Assembly (NCBI GenBank): GCA_001791305.1
Contig: MGEI01000005.1
Span: forward strand, 340,208 to 404,207
Direction: 5' to 3'
DNA length: 64,000 nt
From: Candidatus Uhrbacteria bacterium RIFCSPLOWO2_01_FULL_47_17
Lineage (GTDB): Bacteria; Patescibacteriota; Patescibacteriia; UBA9934; GWF2-40-263
Position 1 is the first letter of the stretch; each line of letters begins with the position of its first letter. Both the position numbers and the translations under genes were made by a program. Positions 47,522 through 57,620 of this stretch are shown here, one piece after another. The notes below the pieces were generated by a model. That model worked only from the letters and a program-made list of their open reading frames with translations, did not search any database and was not told the DNA's origin.

Positions 47522-48631
47522 ATGACATTTGCAGAAGTTGGAGGCTATCGAGCGGGTGGTGCGCCCCCTCGAGCGACCGTGTCAAAGTTTGACGTCATCT
47601 ACCCCGCAAGTGGAGATTCCGAGGCTGCTGCGTTGTATTTGCGCGAGGTGTATCGCGGACTTGATGGTCAGCCAAAGATCGATGAATTTACAAGAGTCCC
47701 GCTCTCAAAGCGTGAGGCAGATAAAAAGTTGGAGCGCGAGCTTGGAAAGGAATATCGTGGATCCGGAACAGAAGAAGGGGTTGTGCTCGAGCAATTTTTG
47801 ATTCAGGAAGTGGATCGCAATGACTGGCTCGGAGGTGCGGCGTTTCGTACAACCAGGTTTGATGATTTGAAGGGGATTGATACGGTCCTCGAATGGGATG
47901 AAGCGGGTCGATTCGGTCGATATCCTCGATTGCTTGTTGATTACACAACTTCACAACTTCCAGAACGCGTAGCGGAGAAAAAAGAAAAACTGGTGAGGGG
48001 AGGAGATGTTATTTATTATCGTTCGCCGTTTGAAACGGATGAAGCAGGAGAAGAAAAACAGCTGTCTTTGTATGGCATGCCGGTTGTGATTTTAGGGATT
48101 GATAAGTCGTTCATGCCGCGCATTGCCGGAATGGCAAAACAAAATGAAAAACCTCGCACGATGCGTGATGGCATGCTGAGTAAAAACATTAGCCCTATCA
48201 CGTATAAGGATCATCCGTTGCAGGTTTTATTGCTCGAACAAGCGCTCGCGCAAGTGGATGTACAAGTGCGTGCGGCTGCAGCGCGATTGTTGAACTTGGA
48301 GAAAACCATCGGAGATCGAGGTGCGGCAGATACGCTGGATGCCCTGCGATTCAAAATTGGAAGTGGCCGCATCACGCCCGAGGAAATGATTAAAATGCTG
48401 AAAGGAATTGAACCTGCCTTGCGTGTGTATCAAGAAAAAAATAAAGGGAACACGGCTGTTATAAGTAATGTCCTTGCGATTCCGAAATGGGAAAATCTTG
48501 CGGCGGTGTATCAGTTGCTTTCAGAAAAAATGGCGGAAGTTCAAGCAAATAAAAATGCCGACCAATTGATGGCGGCACGAGCTTGGAAGACGGCATCCAC
48601 AACCCATAAACTTCTTATGAAGGCTGCGTAG
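47522..48631 (+). CDS. hypothetical protein
   Basis: 369 aa ORF abutting tsaE; FDDLKGID..VDYT could be PD-(D/E)XK-like (inference). Confidence 0.7.
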   Translation: MTFAEVGGYRAGGAPPRATVSKFDVIYPASGDSEAAALYLREVYRGLDGQPKIDEFTRVPLSKREADKKLERELGKEYRGSGTEEGVVLEQFLIQEVDRNDWLGGAAFRTTRFDDLKGIDTVLEWDEAGRFGRYPRLLVDYTTSQLPERVAEKKEKLVRGGDVIYYRSPFETDEAGEEKQLSLYGMPVVILGIDKSFMPRIAGMAKQNEKPRTMRDGMLSKNISPITYKDHPLQVLLLEQALAQVDVQVRAAAARLLNLEKTIGDRGAADTLDALRFKIGSGRITPEEMIKMLKGIEPALRVYQEKNKGNTAVISNVLAIPKWENLAAVYQLLSEKMAEVQANKNADQLMAARAWKTASTTHKLLMKAA

Positions 48632-48842
48632 ATGATTTGATTGTATCTCCAAAGTACTGATCGAACAGTTCTCCAAGCGAGGGGATTTCTGTTGCGCCAT
48701 TTCGAACGAGTTCTGTCTGCCGTTCGAGAAGCGCACGTTGAACTTCCATCGCATCGATCACATTTGGATCGGTTCCCTCAAGACGTATACGCAAGTTTGG
48801 AGGGAGCCGTTTGATGAGAAGCAGGTATTGCTTCCGAGTCAT
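48615..48842 (-). CDS. small hypothetical protein
   Basis: GGAGG RBS, 75 aa. Confidence 0.55.
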   Translation of the reverse strand: MTRKQYLLLIKRLPPNLRIRLEGTDPNVIDAMEVQRALLERQTELVRNGATEIPSLGELFDQYFGDTIKSSTQPS

Positions 48843-48960
48843 GGTTCCTCCATCCTCACGTGTTGCGAGGGAGGACAGAATCTACCATGTCGGTTGCGGT
48901 GCGTCAAGAAATTTATCGAGAAACAAGAAAAAAACAAGGCTTTTAAGCCTTGTTTTTCGA

Positions 48961-50700
48961 TTATGCACTTTCTCCCGCAACACGGAGAATCTCGTCGACG
49001 GTTGTAAGGCCGTCGAGAACTTTGAGAATTCCATCTTGTTGCATGGTGGTCATGCCTTGTTTTTTGGCGAGTTCGCGAACTTGATATTCCGAAATTTGTT
49101 CAGACATGCTTGCTTTGATTTCGTCACTCATCGTGAGGATTTCGTAAATTCCGAGTCGCCCTTTGTAACCAGATTTGTTGCACGCATCGCATCCTTTTCC
49201 TTTAAAAAATTTCCATTCAGTTTCTGCTGCAACAACCTCGCCGGATTCAGGAGGAATTGTGCTCGCAACTTTTTTTACAAATTCAAGTTGCTCAGGAGTG
49301 AGTTGAACTTGTTCTTTACAGTTCGTACAAATTTTTCGGGTAAGGCGCTGTCCAATGATCGCGTTTAAGGCTGGGGCGAGGAGGAAGGGTTTGACACCCA
49401 TCGAGATAAAGCGGGGGATCGCTCCTGCAGCGTCATTCGTGTGGAGTGTCGAGAGAAGCAAGTGTCCCGTAAGCGCGGCGTTGATCGCGACATCAGCGGT
49501 CTCGAGATCGCGGATTTCCCCGACCATCACAACGTCTGGATCTTGGCGCAAGATGGATCGAAGTCCTCCGGCGAACGTATAATTCTTTGCGTGATCAATT
49601 TGGGACTGGTTGATTCCTTCGAGCTTGTACTCGACTGGATCTTCGAGCGTAATGATTTTCACGCCTGGTGTATTCAGTTTACGAAGAATGGCGTACAGCG
49701 TCGTTGTTTTTCCGGAACCGGTTGGTCCCGTTGTCATGACCATACCGTGAGGCTTTTCGATCTCTTTGAGCAATCGTTTTTCTGCGAGTGGGCGATATCC
49801 GAGCTGTGAAAACTCCACGTTAATGGCACTCGGTTTCAAAATACGCATAACGACAGACTCTCCGTACGCTGTTGGGATCGTTGAGACACGCACGTCCGTG
49901 TCGCCTGATTTCAGAAAAATTGTGAAGCGTCCGTCTTGTGGGCGATCGATGACGTTAATCTTCAATCCAGAAATAAGTTTGATGCGCGCAATGATTTTTT
50001 TCCAAAGGTCGGCGTCCAGTGATGCGACCTCTTGGAGAATGCCGTCGATACGCAAGCGGATAATAATTTTCTTTTCCTCTGCTTCAACGTGAATGTCAGA
50101 TGTTCCAAATTGGAGAGCGGCTGCGATAACAATGGTGATGATGTCTGTAATGGACGCCGCGCCGATTACGCCCTGAACGTCGCCGTAGGATTTCATTTTG
50201 GATTGGAAGATTTGGAGTTCTTCATCGGTGATTTTTACTCCTTTGATAATGGCTTTAATGATGGGGAGCGTGTCATACGCCTTAATGGCAATACGCAAGC
50301 TTTCTTCTGAAATTTGATACACCCCTCCGTTTGCTTTTGTGCGCTCACCAATTTGGTACACCAATTCTTTTACGGCCGGACTTTTTGGATCAACCGCTGC
50401 GAGCCGCACTTCTGTTCCGGTGTACAAAAAACAGATCGCTTTCAGCGTTTCAGCTTGTTCTTTTGGAACCTGTCGCAAGGCATCTGGTGAGATGGGAAAT
50501 CCTTTTATGTTCACATACGGAATTCCTGCTTTTTTGGCAAGCTCTGCGGTTTCCGCTTCTTTTTCTTTGAGGCGAACATCATGCATTTTATCGGTGAGGG
50601 CATTGATGGCAGAAGGGGATCCCGCGGGAGCAGCCGCACTTTTTGCCCCTACATGTTGCAACAGGTCTTCGATGCTTTGGGTATCGTTCGACATAAACAA
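48961..50700 (-). CDS. pilB: type IV pilus assembly ATPase (PilB/GspE family)
   Basis: SDIHVE, RLRIDG, PQDGR, TGPTGSGKTTTLY, LRQDPD, GEIRD, two CxxC. Confidence 0.9.
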   Translation of the reverse strand: MFMSNDTQSIEDLLQHVGAKSAAAPAGSPSAINALTDKMHDVRLKEKEAETAELAKKAGIPYVNIKGFPISPDALRQVPKEQAETLKAICFLYTGTEVRLAAVDPKSPAVKELVYQIGERTKANGGVYQISEESLRIAIKAYDTLPIIKAIIKGVKITDEELQIFQSKMKSYGDVQGVIGAASITDIITIVIAAALQFGTSDIHVEAEEKKIIIRLRIDGILQEVASLDADLWKKIIARIKLISGLKINVIDRPQDGRFTIFLKSGDTDVRVSTIPTAYGESVVMRILKPSAINVEFSQLGYRPLAEKRLLKEIEKPHGMVMTTGPTGSGKTTTLYAILRKLNTPGVKIITLEDPVEYKLEGINQSQIDHAKNYTFAGGLRSILRQDPDVVMVGEIRDLETADVAINAALTGHLLLSTLHTNDAAGAIPRFISMGVKPFLLAPALNAIIGQRLTRKICTNCKEQVQLTPEQLEFVKKVASTIPPESGEVVAAETEWKFFKGKGCDACNKSGYKGRLGIYEILTMSDEIKASMSEQISEYQVRELAKKQGMTTMQQDGILKVLDGLTTVDEILRVAGESA

Positions 50701-50752
50701 AAAACTGAAGATAATTCTTCTTCAGTTTACTTGTTTTTTTGGATCGCCGCAA

Positions 50753-51742
50753 TTAGGCGCGTTTGAACATTCGGAGGATTTTTGCGATGGGGAGTTTTGA
50801 GTGTGAACGGTGTTCTGTACGCTTATAAAAAAGGTACCATGCGCTGTATTGGAAGGTCACCATCGCCCCACCAAAGGCAAAGACAATCAGAAGCGCAAAT
50901 ATTCCGTAAAGGACGTTTGTGAGGACAAAAATGACAAAGGATCCCGTGAGAAGGGAGGCTGTATAAAGAAGGCCGTAAGGAATACTGAGGGCGATGACGA
51001 GTCCGAGTAAGACAAAACAAGCAAGACTCATGAGACAAAAAAGGATGAAGGCGTATTCAAGTGTTGCGAGCCAGTGAGTTTTGAAAATAGTCCAAGCGGT
51101 TGTAATCGCTTCCGAAACCGTTGATTCCGTTTCAATGACGTGAATGACAGACAAGATGGAAAGAATGCTTACGATCAATACCGCTGGGAAAAAGACAAGG
51201 GTTTGAACAAAGGCGATGGTAAAACTGTAAGAGGAGTGTTGGACGTAGTACCAAAGCATCGGAAGGGTTGTGAGAGAAACAAGGATTGCACCAAGGATTT
51301 TTGTAAGGGCATCAATGGTGAAGATGCGAAAAAGGTGGTCGTGCGCACGCTTGCGAACAATGTTTGGGTGTTCATGCGTTGGGGCTTTGATGCCATGAAT
51401 GAGCGCGGTTTGCGAGAGGACAGCAAGAAATAACAAGCCGATAAAGATAAGGGTCATGCAAATAATCATGGCACCGAGTCTGAAGGAGCCGAATGCTTGC
51501 ATTTGGCCTATGTATTTTCCCATGAGTGCGTACCCAGAAAAGGACGTATCAAGTAACTGATGCATGAACGAACCCCCGCGTTGAACGCGGCGCATGCTGG
51601 TTGTTGCAATGTCCATGACACCTCCCGTTGAGATAAATGCCGCGAAGATACCAAAAATCCACAGCGTTTTACGTTGCCAGGTGAGGCGAAAGGCCTCACG
51701 CAAAAGCGTACGATAAATCGCTGTGGAATTTTTGATGTTCAT
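50753..51742 (-). CDS. multi-pass membrane protein
   Basis: several TM helices, LWIFGIFA N-terminus. Confidence 0.72.
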   Translation of the reverse strand: MNIKNSTAIYRTLLREAFRLTWQRKTLWIFGIFAAFISTGGVMDIATTSMRRVQRGGSFMHQLLDTSFSGYALMGKYIGQMQAFGSFRLGAMIICMTLIFIGLLFLAVLSQTALIHGIKAPTHEHPNIVRKRAHDHLFRIFTIDALTKILGAILVSLTTLPMLWYYVQHSSYSFTIAFVQTLVFFPAVLIVSILSILSVIHVIETESTVSEAITTAWTIFKTHWLATLEYAFILFCLMSLACFVLLGLVIALSIPYGLLYTASLLTGSFVIFVLTNVLYGIFALLIVFAFGGAMVTFQYSAWYLFYKRTEHRSHSKLPIAKILRMFKRA

Positions 51743-51754
51743 ATCTCCGATAAG

Positions 51755-53602
51755 TTATGCGGTGTACGTATTAGGTTGTACCGCATTGCTGCCTGCAAAG
51801 AGTGCATCGAATTCTTCTTTTTCAAGAACTTCTTTTTCAAGAAGCGCTTTTGCAATCTTATCCAGGTGCATTTTTTCTTTTCGGATTATACCACGAGTTG
51901 TTTCAAGGGCGCCATTGACGAGCTTTTCAACTTCAAGGTCAATGAGCTCTGCGGTTTTTTCAGAATAGTTACGTTGTTCATGGATGTCTCGTCCAAGAAA
52001 GACCATTTCTTGATGCTCTCCAAACACACGAGGTCCAAGCGTTTCGCTCATTCCGTAACGTGTGACGAGTTCACGCGCAAGACGTGTGCACTTTCGAAGG
52101 TCATCGGACGCTCCGGTTGTTACATCTCCAAATGTTTCTTTTTCCGCAACGAATCCTCCAAGCATAACTGCGAGGTCTGCAAGGAATTCTCCGCGCTTGT
52201 GAAGACGCTTGTCTTCACCGGGAACTTTCATGGTGTAACCACCAGCGCTCCCGCGAGGAATAATGGAAACTTTGTGAACAGGGTCTGAATTTGGAAGGAT
52301 ATGCGCAATGATCGCGTGTCCCGCTTCATGATACGCCGTCACCTTCTTTTCTTCTTTGCTCATGACAGAACTTCGGCGCTCAGGTCCAAGCATGACTTTT
52401 TCAATCGAATCAAGAACGTCTTCTTGAGTAATTTTTGTATCATTGCGACGAGCCGCGCGAATGGCAGCTTCGTTTAAAAGATTCATGAGATCCGCTCCGG
52501 CCATTCCGGCTGTGCGTTCTGCCACGCGACGCAAATTGATTTCGGGGACGAGCGGTTTGTTTTTTGCATAGATCGTGAGAATGGCCTCACGTTCGTTGAT
52601 GTCTGGAAGATCAAGGATTACGCGGCGGTCGAATCGACCTGGGCGCAAAAGCGCTGGGTCGAGAACATCCGGACGGTTTGTGGCCGCAATGACGATGACG
52701 CCAAGGTTTGCTTCAAATCCATCCATCTCAACCAAGATTTGGTTGAGTGTCTGTTCACGTTCGTCATGAGATCCGCCCATTCCGGAACCGCGTTGGCGAC
52801 CAACGGCGTCAATTTCATCAATGAAGATGATACATGGTGCGGATTTTTTTGCGCGGGCAAAGAGGTCGCGCACACGTGATGCTCCGACCCCCACAAACAT
52901 TTCTACAAACTCCGATCCGCTCATGTGGAAGAAGGGAACACCGGCTTCTCCTGCAACCGCACGCGCAAGCAAGGTTTTTCCGGTTCCAGGACGTCCCATG
53001 AGGAGAACTCCTTTTGGAATTTTTGCGCCAAGATCGGAAAACTTTTTTGGATTCTTTAAGAATTCAACCACTTCCTGTAATTCTTCCTTAGACTCTTTTG
53101 CCCCTGCAACGTCTGCAAAGGTGACTTTTAGTTTTTGTTCTTTGTTGAATTCTTTGGCGTTTGAATTACCAAATTGCATCGCTTTGCTGTTTGCCCCTTG
53201 CATTTGGCGAAGCATGAACCAAAACACAAGCATGAGAAGAAGGAGCGGAAGTAACGACGGCAGAATCACGCCAAGAATATACGAGCGCGTTGAACGATCT
53301 TTGACCGTGATGTTTGCGCCACGTAATTGTTCTGCGGTCACACCATAATCGATAAAGACTTCCGGAAGCGACACGCTTGATTCTTTGCGTGTGGTTTGTT
53401 TGGTCCCATCTTTAAGGGTGATCGCAATATCTGTTCCTTCAATATCTATTGCTTGCACGCTTCCATTTTGGATTTCTTCAACCACTTTCGCGATGTTCAC
53501 GTCAATCGGTTTCTCTTTTTTGAAGGTGTAGTTTGAGAAGATGATCGCAATAACCAAAACGGTTAAAATGGCGACAATCACGTTTTTTGAAAGTGGTTTC
53601 AT
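51755..53602 (-). CDS. ftsH: ATP-dependent zinc metalloprotease FtsH
   Basis: two [31 protein letters not shown]. Confidence 0.97.
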   Translation of the reverse strand: MKPLSKNVIVAILTVLVIAIIFSNYTFKKEKPIDVNIAKVVEEIQNGSVQAIDIEGTDIAITLKDGTKQTTRKESSVSLPEVFIDYGVTAEQLRGANITVKDRSTRSYILGVILPSLLPLLLLMLVFWFMLRQMQGANSKAMQFGNSNAKEFNKEQKLKVTFADVAGAKESKEELQEVVEFLKNPKKFSDLGAKIPKGVLLMGRPGTGKTLLARAVAGEAGVPFFHMSGSEFVEMFVGVGASRVRDLFARAKKSAPCIIFIDEIDAVGRQRGSGMGGSHDEREQTLNQILVEMDGFEANLGVIVIAATNRPDVLDPALLRPGRFDRRVILDLPDINEREAILTIYAKNKPLVPEINLRRVAERTAGMAGADLMNLLNEAAIRAARRNDTKITQEDVLDSIEKVMLGPERRSSVMSKEEKKVTAYHEAGHAIIAHILPNSDPVHKVSIIPRGSAGGYTMKVPGEDKRLHKRGEFLADLAVMLGGFVAEKETFGDVTTGASDDLRKCTRLARELVTRYGMSETLGPRVFGEHQEMVFLGRDIHEQRNYSEKTAELIDLEVEKLVNGALETTRGIIRKEKMHLDKIAKALLEKEVLEKEEFDALFAGSNAVQPNTYTA

Positions 53603-53605
53603 AGA

Positions 53606-54715
53606 TTATTCAACTGCTTGTTCTACAGTTGCTGGTTCACTTTTGGTTTTAAGTGAAAGGCCAAGGCGGTGTTCTTTTGGTTCAATGGAAACAATCTTAA
53701 AGCTCATGACGTCTCCTGGTTTTGCAATTTGGGTTACGTCTGTTACAGGCTTGTCAGACAATTCAGAGACGTGGGCAAGACCATGGATTTCTGCATCCAA
53801 TTCCACAAACAATCCAAATGGATTTACTTTGAGCACGGTTCCTTCAACCATTTCTCCAATTCTGTATTTTTCCGCAACGCCTGCCCATGGGTCTTGAATG
53901 AGTTTCTTCATGGACAAGAAGATCTTGCTTCCTTCAATGCCAATAATTTCGGCTTTGACGGTTTGGCCGATCTTAAGTAAATCGCGTGGATGATCAATTC
54001 GTTGCCATGCGATCTCGGAAATGTGCACAAGACCCTCGAGTGAATCAAATTTTACGAACGCTCCGAAGTCGGCAACCGCCGTTACTTCTCCTTCAATCAC
54101 ATCACCAACACCAAACTTTGAGATGACATTCTTTTGTGTGTCTTCCCAAACTGTTTTTTCGGAAACAATCATTTTTTCTTCGCCTTCTGATACGTCAATG
54201 ACACGTACGTTCATTTTTGAACCAACGTAAGAGCGAAGTTTCTCGAGAATTTTATTTTTGTCTCCACCGCTTACGCGTGGGTAGTGTTCTGGAGAGAGTT
54301 GAGAAACAGGCAAGAATCCTGTGATGTTCTGAACCGCCACAATAAGACCACCTTTGTTTGCTTCCAAAATTTTGACGTCGAATGTTTCGCCTGTGGTGAA
54401 CAAACGGCGCAATTCTTCCCAAGCTTTCTTTTGACCCGCAAAGCGGAACGAAAGTTCCATTTCTCCGTTTTCGTTTTCAAGTTCAATCACGGTTGCTTCA
54501 ACGTCGCTTCCGGCCTTCATGTCTCCTACTTCTGTGCCGCCCGTGAAAAGCTCACGGCCACGCACAACTCCTGTGGCGATTCCGTTCAAGTCGATACGGA
54601 TTTCACGGCGTCCGGATCCAACGATTTTTCCGGTTACAACGTCGCCCACCTTTGGGATATTTAAATATTGTCCTTCCTCCATCAGTTTCTGAAATTCTGT
54701 TTGTGTGTCTTTCAT
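53606..54715 (-). CDS. rpsA: 30S ribosomal protein S1 (four S1 domains)
   Basis: NKGGL..GFLPVSQL, DFGAFV..EGLVHISE, FGLFV..GLAHVSE. Confidence 0.9.
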   Translation of the reverse strand: MKDTQTEFQKLMEEGQYLNIPKVGDVVTGKIVGSGRREIRIDLNGIATGVVRGRELFTGGTEVGDMKAGSDVEATVIELENENGEMELSFRFAGQKKAWEELRRLFTTGETFDVKILEANKGGLIVAVQNITGFLPVSQLSPEHYPRVSGGDKNKILEKLRSYVGSKMNVRVIDVSEGEEKMIVSEKTVWEDTQKNVISKFGVGDVIEGEVTAVADFGAFVKFDSLEGLVHISEIAWQRIDHPRDLLKIGQTVKAEIIGIEGSKIFLSMKKLIQDPWAGVAEKYRIGEMVEGTVLKVNPFGLFVELDAEIHGLAHVSELSDKPVTDVTQIAKPGDVMSFKIVSIEPKEHRLGLSLKTKSEPATVEQAVE

Positions 54716-54865
54716 ACAAAAATATTCCGCCAGACGGTTCGCTCGAAAAAGCTCGAGAACGGTCCAACGGGGCTAGGATTAATAAGTGGTGAAAGCTTAA
54801 TAGATCTGGGGATTTTTGGCAAGGGCGATGATCGTACATAGAAAAAACTCGACCTTGTGGTCGAG

Positions 54866-55405
54866 CTAGAGAACAATCTTCATGATGAAAGCGAACACGG
54901 CGGTGTTCAGAATGAGAAGACCGATGGTTGAGTTGAGGGTGATTAAGGTGTTTTGTGCGCGCCATCCTGTGTTTTCCGGCGTTGGATCGTATGGGCCTGT
55001 AGCGAGGGTGATGATTGCCGCTACGGCAAGGCAAGACCATCCATCCCAGGAAATAGGTTCGAAGACGAGTGCGCCTTCTAAGTTTTCAAGGAAGCTATAG
55101 AGGAATATCGCCGAAAACATGAAGATAAGTCCGAGAAGAAAGACAAGCTCTGTAAAAAACACGCAAAAAATACAGCTCATGAATCGAACGTCTGTGCGCA
55201 CGAATCCAAGCGAGGCGAGTGTGGCGACGAATGCAGTGAGTTGGCCCGCATAGACGGCCGCTGCCGGTACGTTTTTTGACCCAAGCAGGATCAAGGCGAA
55301 GAGCGCGAACCCGAGAATGGACATGCCACAGCGAAAGGTCAGGTACCTCGTGATGGGCGAAAGATTCTTGTGCCAGTTGAGCACATTCGAAAGTGCATCG
55401 ACCAT
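54866..55405 (-). CDS. membrane protein
   Basis: GAGGAGG RBS, multiple TM. Confidence 0.65.
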   Translation of the reverse strand: MVDALSNVLNWHKNLSPITRYLTFRCGMSILGFALFALILLGSKNVPAAAVYAGQLTAFVATLASLGFVRTDVRFMSCIFCVFFTELVFLLGLIFMFSAIFLYSFLENLEGALVFEPISWDGWSCLAVAAIITLATGPYDPTPENTGWRAQNTLITLNSTIGLLILNTAVFAFIMKIVL

Positions 55406-55419
55406 TCGTTCCTCCTCAA

Positions 55420-55644
55420 CTACCGCGCGGGCAGTCGTTCCTGAAGGGTTTGATTCAATCGGTTGATCGCTTCTGTTTGCGCTTGAACCGCAGCGGACAG
55501 TTTTTGTGTTTCGCCAAGTTTTTGGTTCATTTCCGTTCTCGTGTCATCGATCTTGCGTTCGAGGGAGTCGTTGGATGTATTGCACATCATCGAACAAAAT
55601 AGAAAGAAAACCATGAACCAAATGAGATCAATATCTTGCTTCAT
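55420..55644 (-). CDS. small TM plus coiled-coil protein
   Basis: AAGGAGG RBS before MKQDIDL. Confidence 0.6.
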   Translation of the reverse strand: MKQDIDLIWFMVFFLFCSMMCNTSNDSLERKIDDTRTEMNQKLGETQKLSAAVQAQTEAINRLNQTLQERLPAR

Positions 55645-55770
55645 CGAAGTTCCTCCTTTTTTCCGTCGGCCTGTTTTGTTGGTCGACACATGAGAATAGG
55701 CAGATTTCCACGAATTGTCAATATGACGGGGGTCTTGTACCATGAGGGGAGAAAATTGGATTAATCTTAA

Positions 55771-55890
55771 GAAGTGAATGAGTGACTGAGTGAAAGAGTG
55801 TTGGACGGTGCGATTTATTTATTTCAAATAAATAAAAAGTTGTCTCTTTTCCTTCACTTTACCACTCCATCACTCAACCACTTTGCCGCC
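55771..55890. repeat. octamer-periodic inverted repeat
   Basis: GAGTGACTGAGTGAAAGAGTG..ACCACTCCATCACTCAACCACT, sharing sequence with the tsaD insertion. Confidence 0.75.
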
Positions 55891-55897
55891 CTCTCCT

Positions 55898-56578
55898 ATG
55901 TCCCATCCACAAAAAGCTCTTCTTGATGAGTTTCAGTACGCCATTCATCATTTCGTCCCAACGCTTCCAGATGAAATCAAAGTTGAGGCACAGAAGGTGC
56001 ACGATGATTTGCTCGCCGACAAAACTGTTGACGAGGCGATTATTCGTCGTACGTTTCATGATGTTGGGGTGAAAGAGTATCCGTATCGCCATGCATATGA
56101 CGAACTCATCCATACAAAGGAAGAAGGGAAGATGAATCAGTTAGTTCTCGAACATGTGGATGATGCGGTTCGCAAAGTGATCGAACCACATTTGAATGCT
56201 GGAGTGCACCTCGACGAACTTGTGCGCAGCGATTTGCTTACGGAATCTCTGACGCCAGAACAAATCTATCAAGTGGTTGATGGAATTGCGGTTGCAAAGT
56301 CGAAATTGGGTGAAGCAATCAAGTCGCATGTAAGTGCAGATACGGCTGCGTATGATGCTTTGCTTCAAAAATGGAATGATCACGTCAAAATGATTGAAGG
56401 CAAACTCGCAGAACTTCTTGAACTTGCAAAACAAGGCGATGAAGGACAAGCGTCTGAAATTAAAGGCAAAGTGCAAATGTACAAAGAAGGATTTTTGGTC
56501 ACAGAACCAGATCCAGATGTAAAAGAAATCGACGAAGAAATTGCCTACTGGAAAGAAGCGTTTGCCGAGGAAGCTTAG
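55898..56578 (+). CDS. hypothetical helical protein
   Basis: 226 aa acidic ORF. Confidence 0.72.
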   Translation: MSHPQKALLDEFQYAIHHFVPTLPDEIKVEAQKVHDDLLADKTVDEAIIRRTFHDVGVKEYPYRHAYDELIHTKEEGKMNQLVLEHVDDAVRKVIEPHLNAGVHLDELVRSDLLTESLTPEQIYQVVDGIAVAKSKLGEAIKSHVSADTAAYDALLQKWNDHVKMIEGKLAELLELAKQGDEGQASEIKGKVQMYKEGFLVTEPDPDVKEIDEEIAYWKEAFAEEA

Positions 56579-56604
56579 GATGAATGTGCTATAATCTCCC
56601 ACGT

Positions 56605-57255
56605 ATGCAAATTATCTGGAACGGACTTTCGTGTTTTGAGATCATTACGAATACTTCAGAAGGGGAGGTCACACTTGTTGTGGATCCTTATGATAATGCA
56701 ACTGGACTGCGTTTTCCTCGTACGCTTGAGGCGAACGTTGTTTTGGTTTCGCATGATGAAGAGGACGCAAATAATCTCGCGGCCATTGCAGGAACACCAC
56801 AAGTCATTGATATGCCTGGCGAGTTTGAGGTGCGACAAGTGTTCATGTATGGCGTGGATGCTCCGCTTAAGCGCGAAGTAAAAGGGGTGCATGTGGCAAA
56901 CAATTTGTTTCGCATTGAGTGCGAGGGAATGCATATTGCGCATTTGGGATCCCTCGACCGCGCGCTTTCTGATAAAGAACTCCAAGAACTTGAGAACATC
57001 GACATCTTAATGGTACCTGTTGGAGGTGGACGCGTGCTTACACCAAAACTTGCCGCAGAAGTCATTGCACAAATTGAACCACGCGTTGTTATTCCAATGA
57101 CATATGAGCTTCCGAACCTGAAAGAATCTCTGCAGCCATTAAGTGCGTTTATGAAAGAAATGGCCGGTGCAAAGAAAGAAGAAATGAACAAGTATAAAGT
57201 GGCACGCAAAGATTTGCCGGAAGAAGATTTGTTGATCGTTACCCTCTCGAAGTAA
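56605..57255 (+). CDS. MBL-fold metallo-hydrolase-like protein (degenerate metal site)
   Basis: MQIIWNGLSCF, VDPY, PGEFEV, HLG, DILMVPVGG, IEPRVVIPM; HxHxDH replaced by SHDEEDA. Confidence 0.8.
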   Translation: MQIIWNGLSCFEIITNTSEGEVTLVVDPYDNATGLRFPRTLEANVVLVSHDEEDANNLAAIAGTPQVIDMPGEFEVRQVFMYGVDAPLKREVKGVHVANNLFRIECEGMHIAHLGSLDRALSDKELQELENIDILMVPVGGGRVLTPKLAAEVIAQIEPRVVIPMTYELPNLKESLQPLSAFMKEMAGAKKEEMNKYKVARKDLPEEDLLIVTLSK

Positions 57256-57265
57256 ACCTTCGACT

Positions 57266-57619
57266 ATGCCACGTACCAAACCTCGTTCTCTTCGACCCAT
57301 GACGAAAGAGCAGAAGCTTTGGCTCGTGCTCACCATCCTTTTGTTTGTGGTGTTTATGGCGGTCGGTTGGTATTTCACGGTTGCGCAAGCACTAAAGCGA
57401 TCCATTCAGGATTCCAAGCAGACAATCTCTCTTGAACTTGGCGAGACGAAACAACAAGTGATTGGAGATGAAGATGTTGGAAAGAAAACACAAGAAACAA
57501 TTGATAAAATGAAGGACTTTTTTGGAAACATCAAACAGTATTTAGAAAATAAACAACAAGCCGAACAAGCGATTTTAGAAAATGTGAAAGAGGAATTGAA
57601 ACAATCTTCCACGCAATGA
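57266..57619 (+). CDS. single-TM hypothetical protein
   Basis: one TM plus coiled coil. Confidence 0.65.
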   Translation: MPRTKPRSLRPMTKEQKLWLVLTILLFVVFMAVGWYFTVAQALKRSIQDSKQTISLELGETKQQVIGDEDVGKKTQETIDKMKDFFGNIKQYLENKQQAEQAILENVKEELKQSSTQ

Positions 57620-57620
57620 T

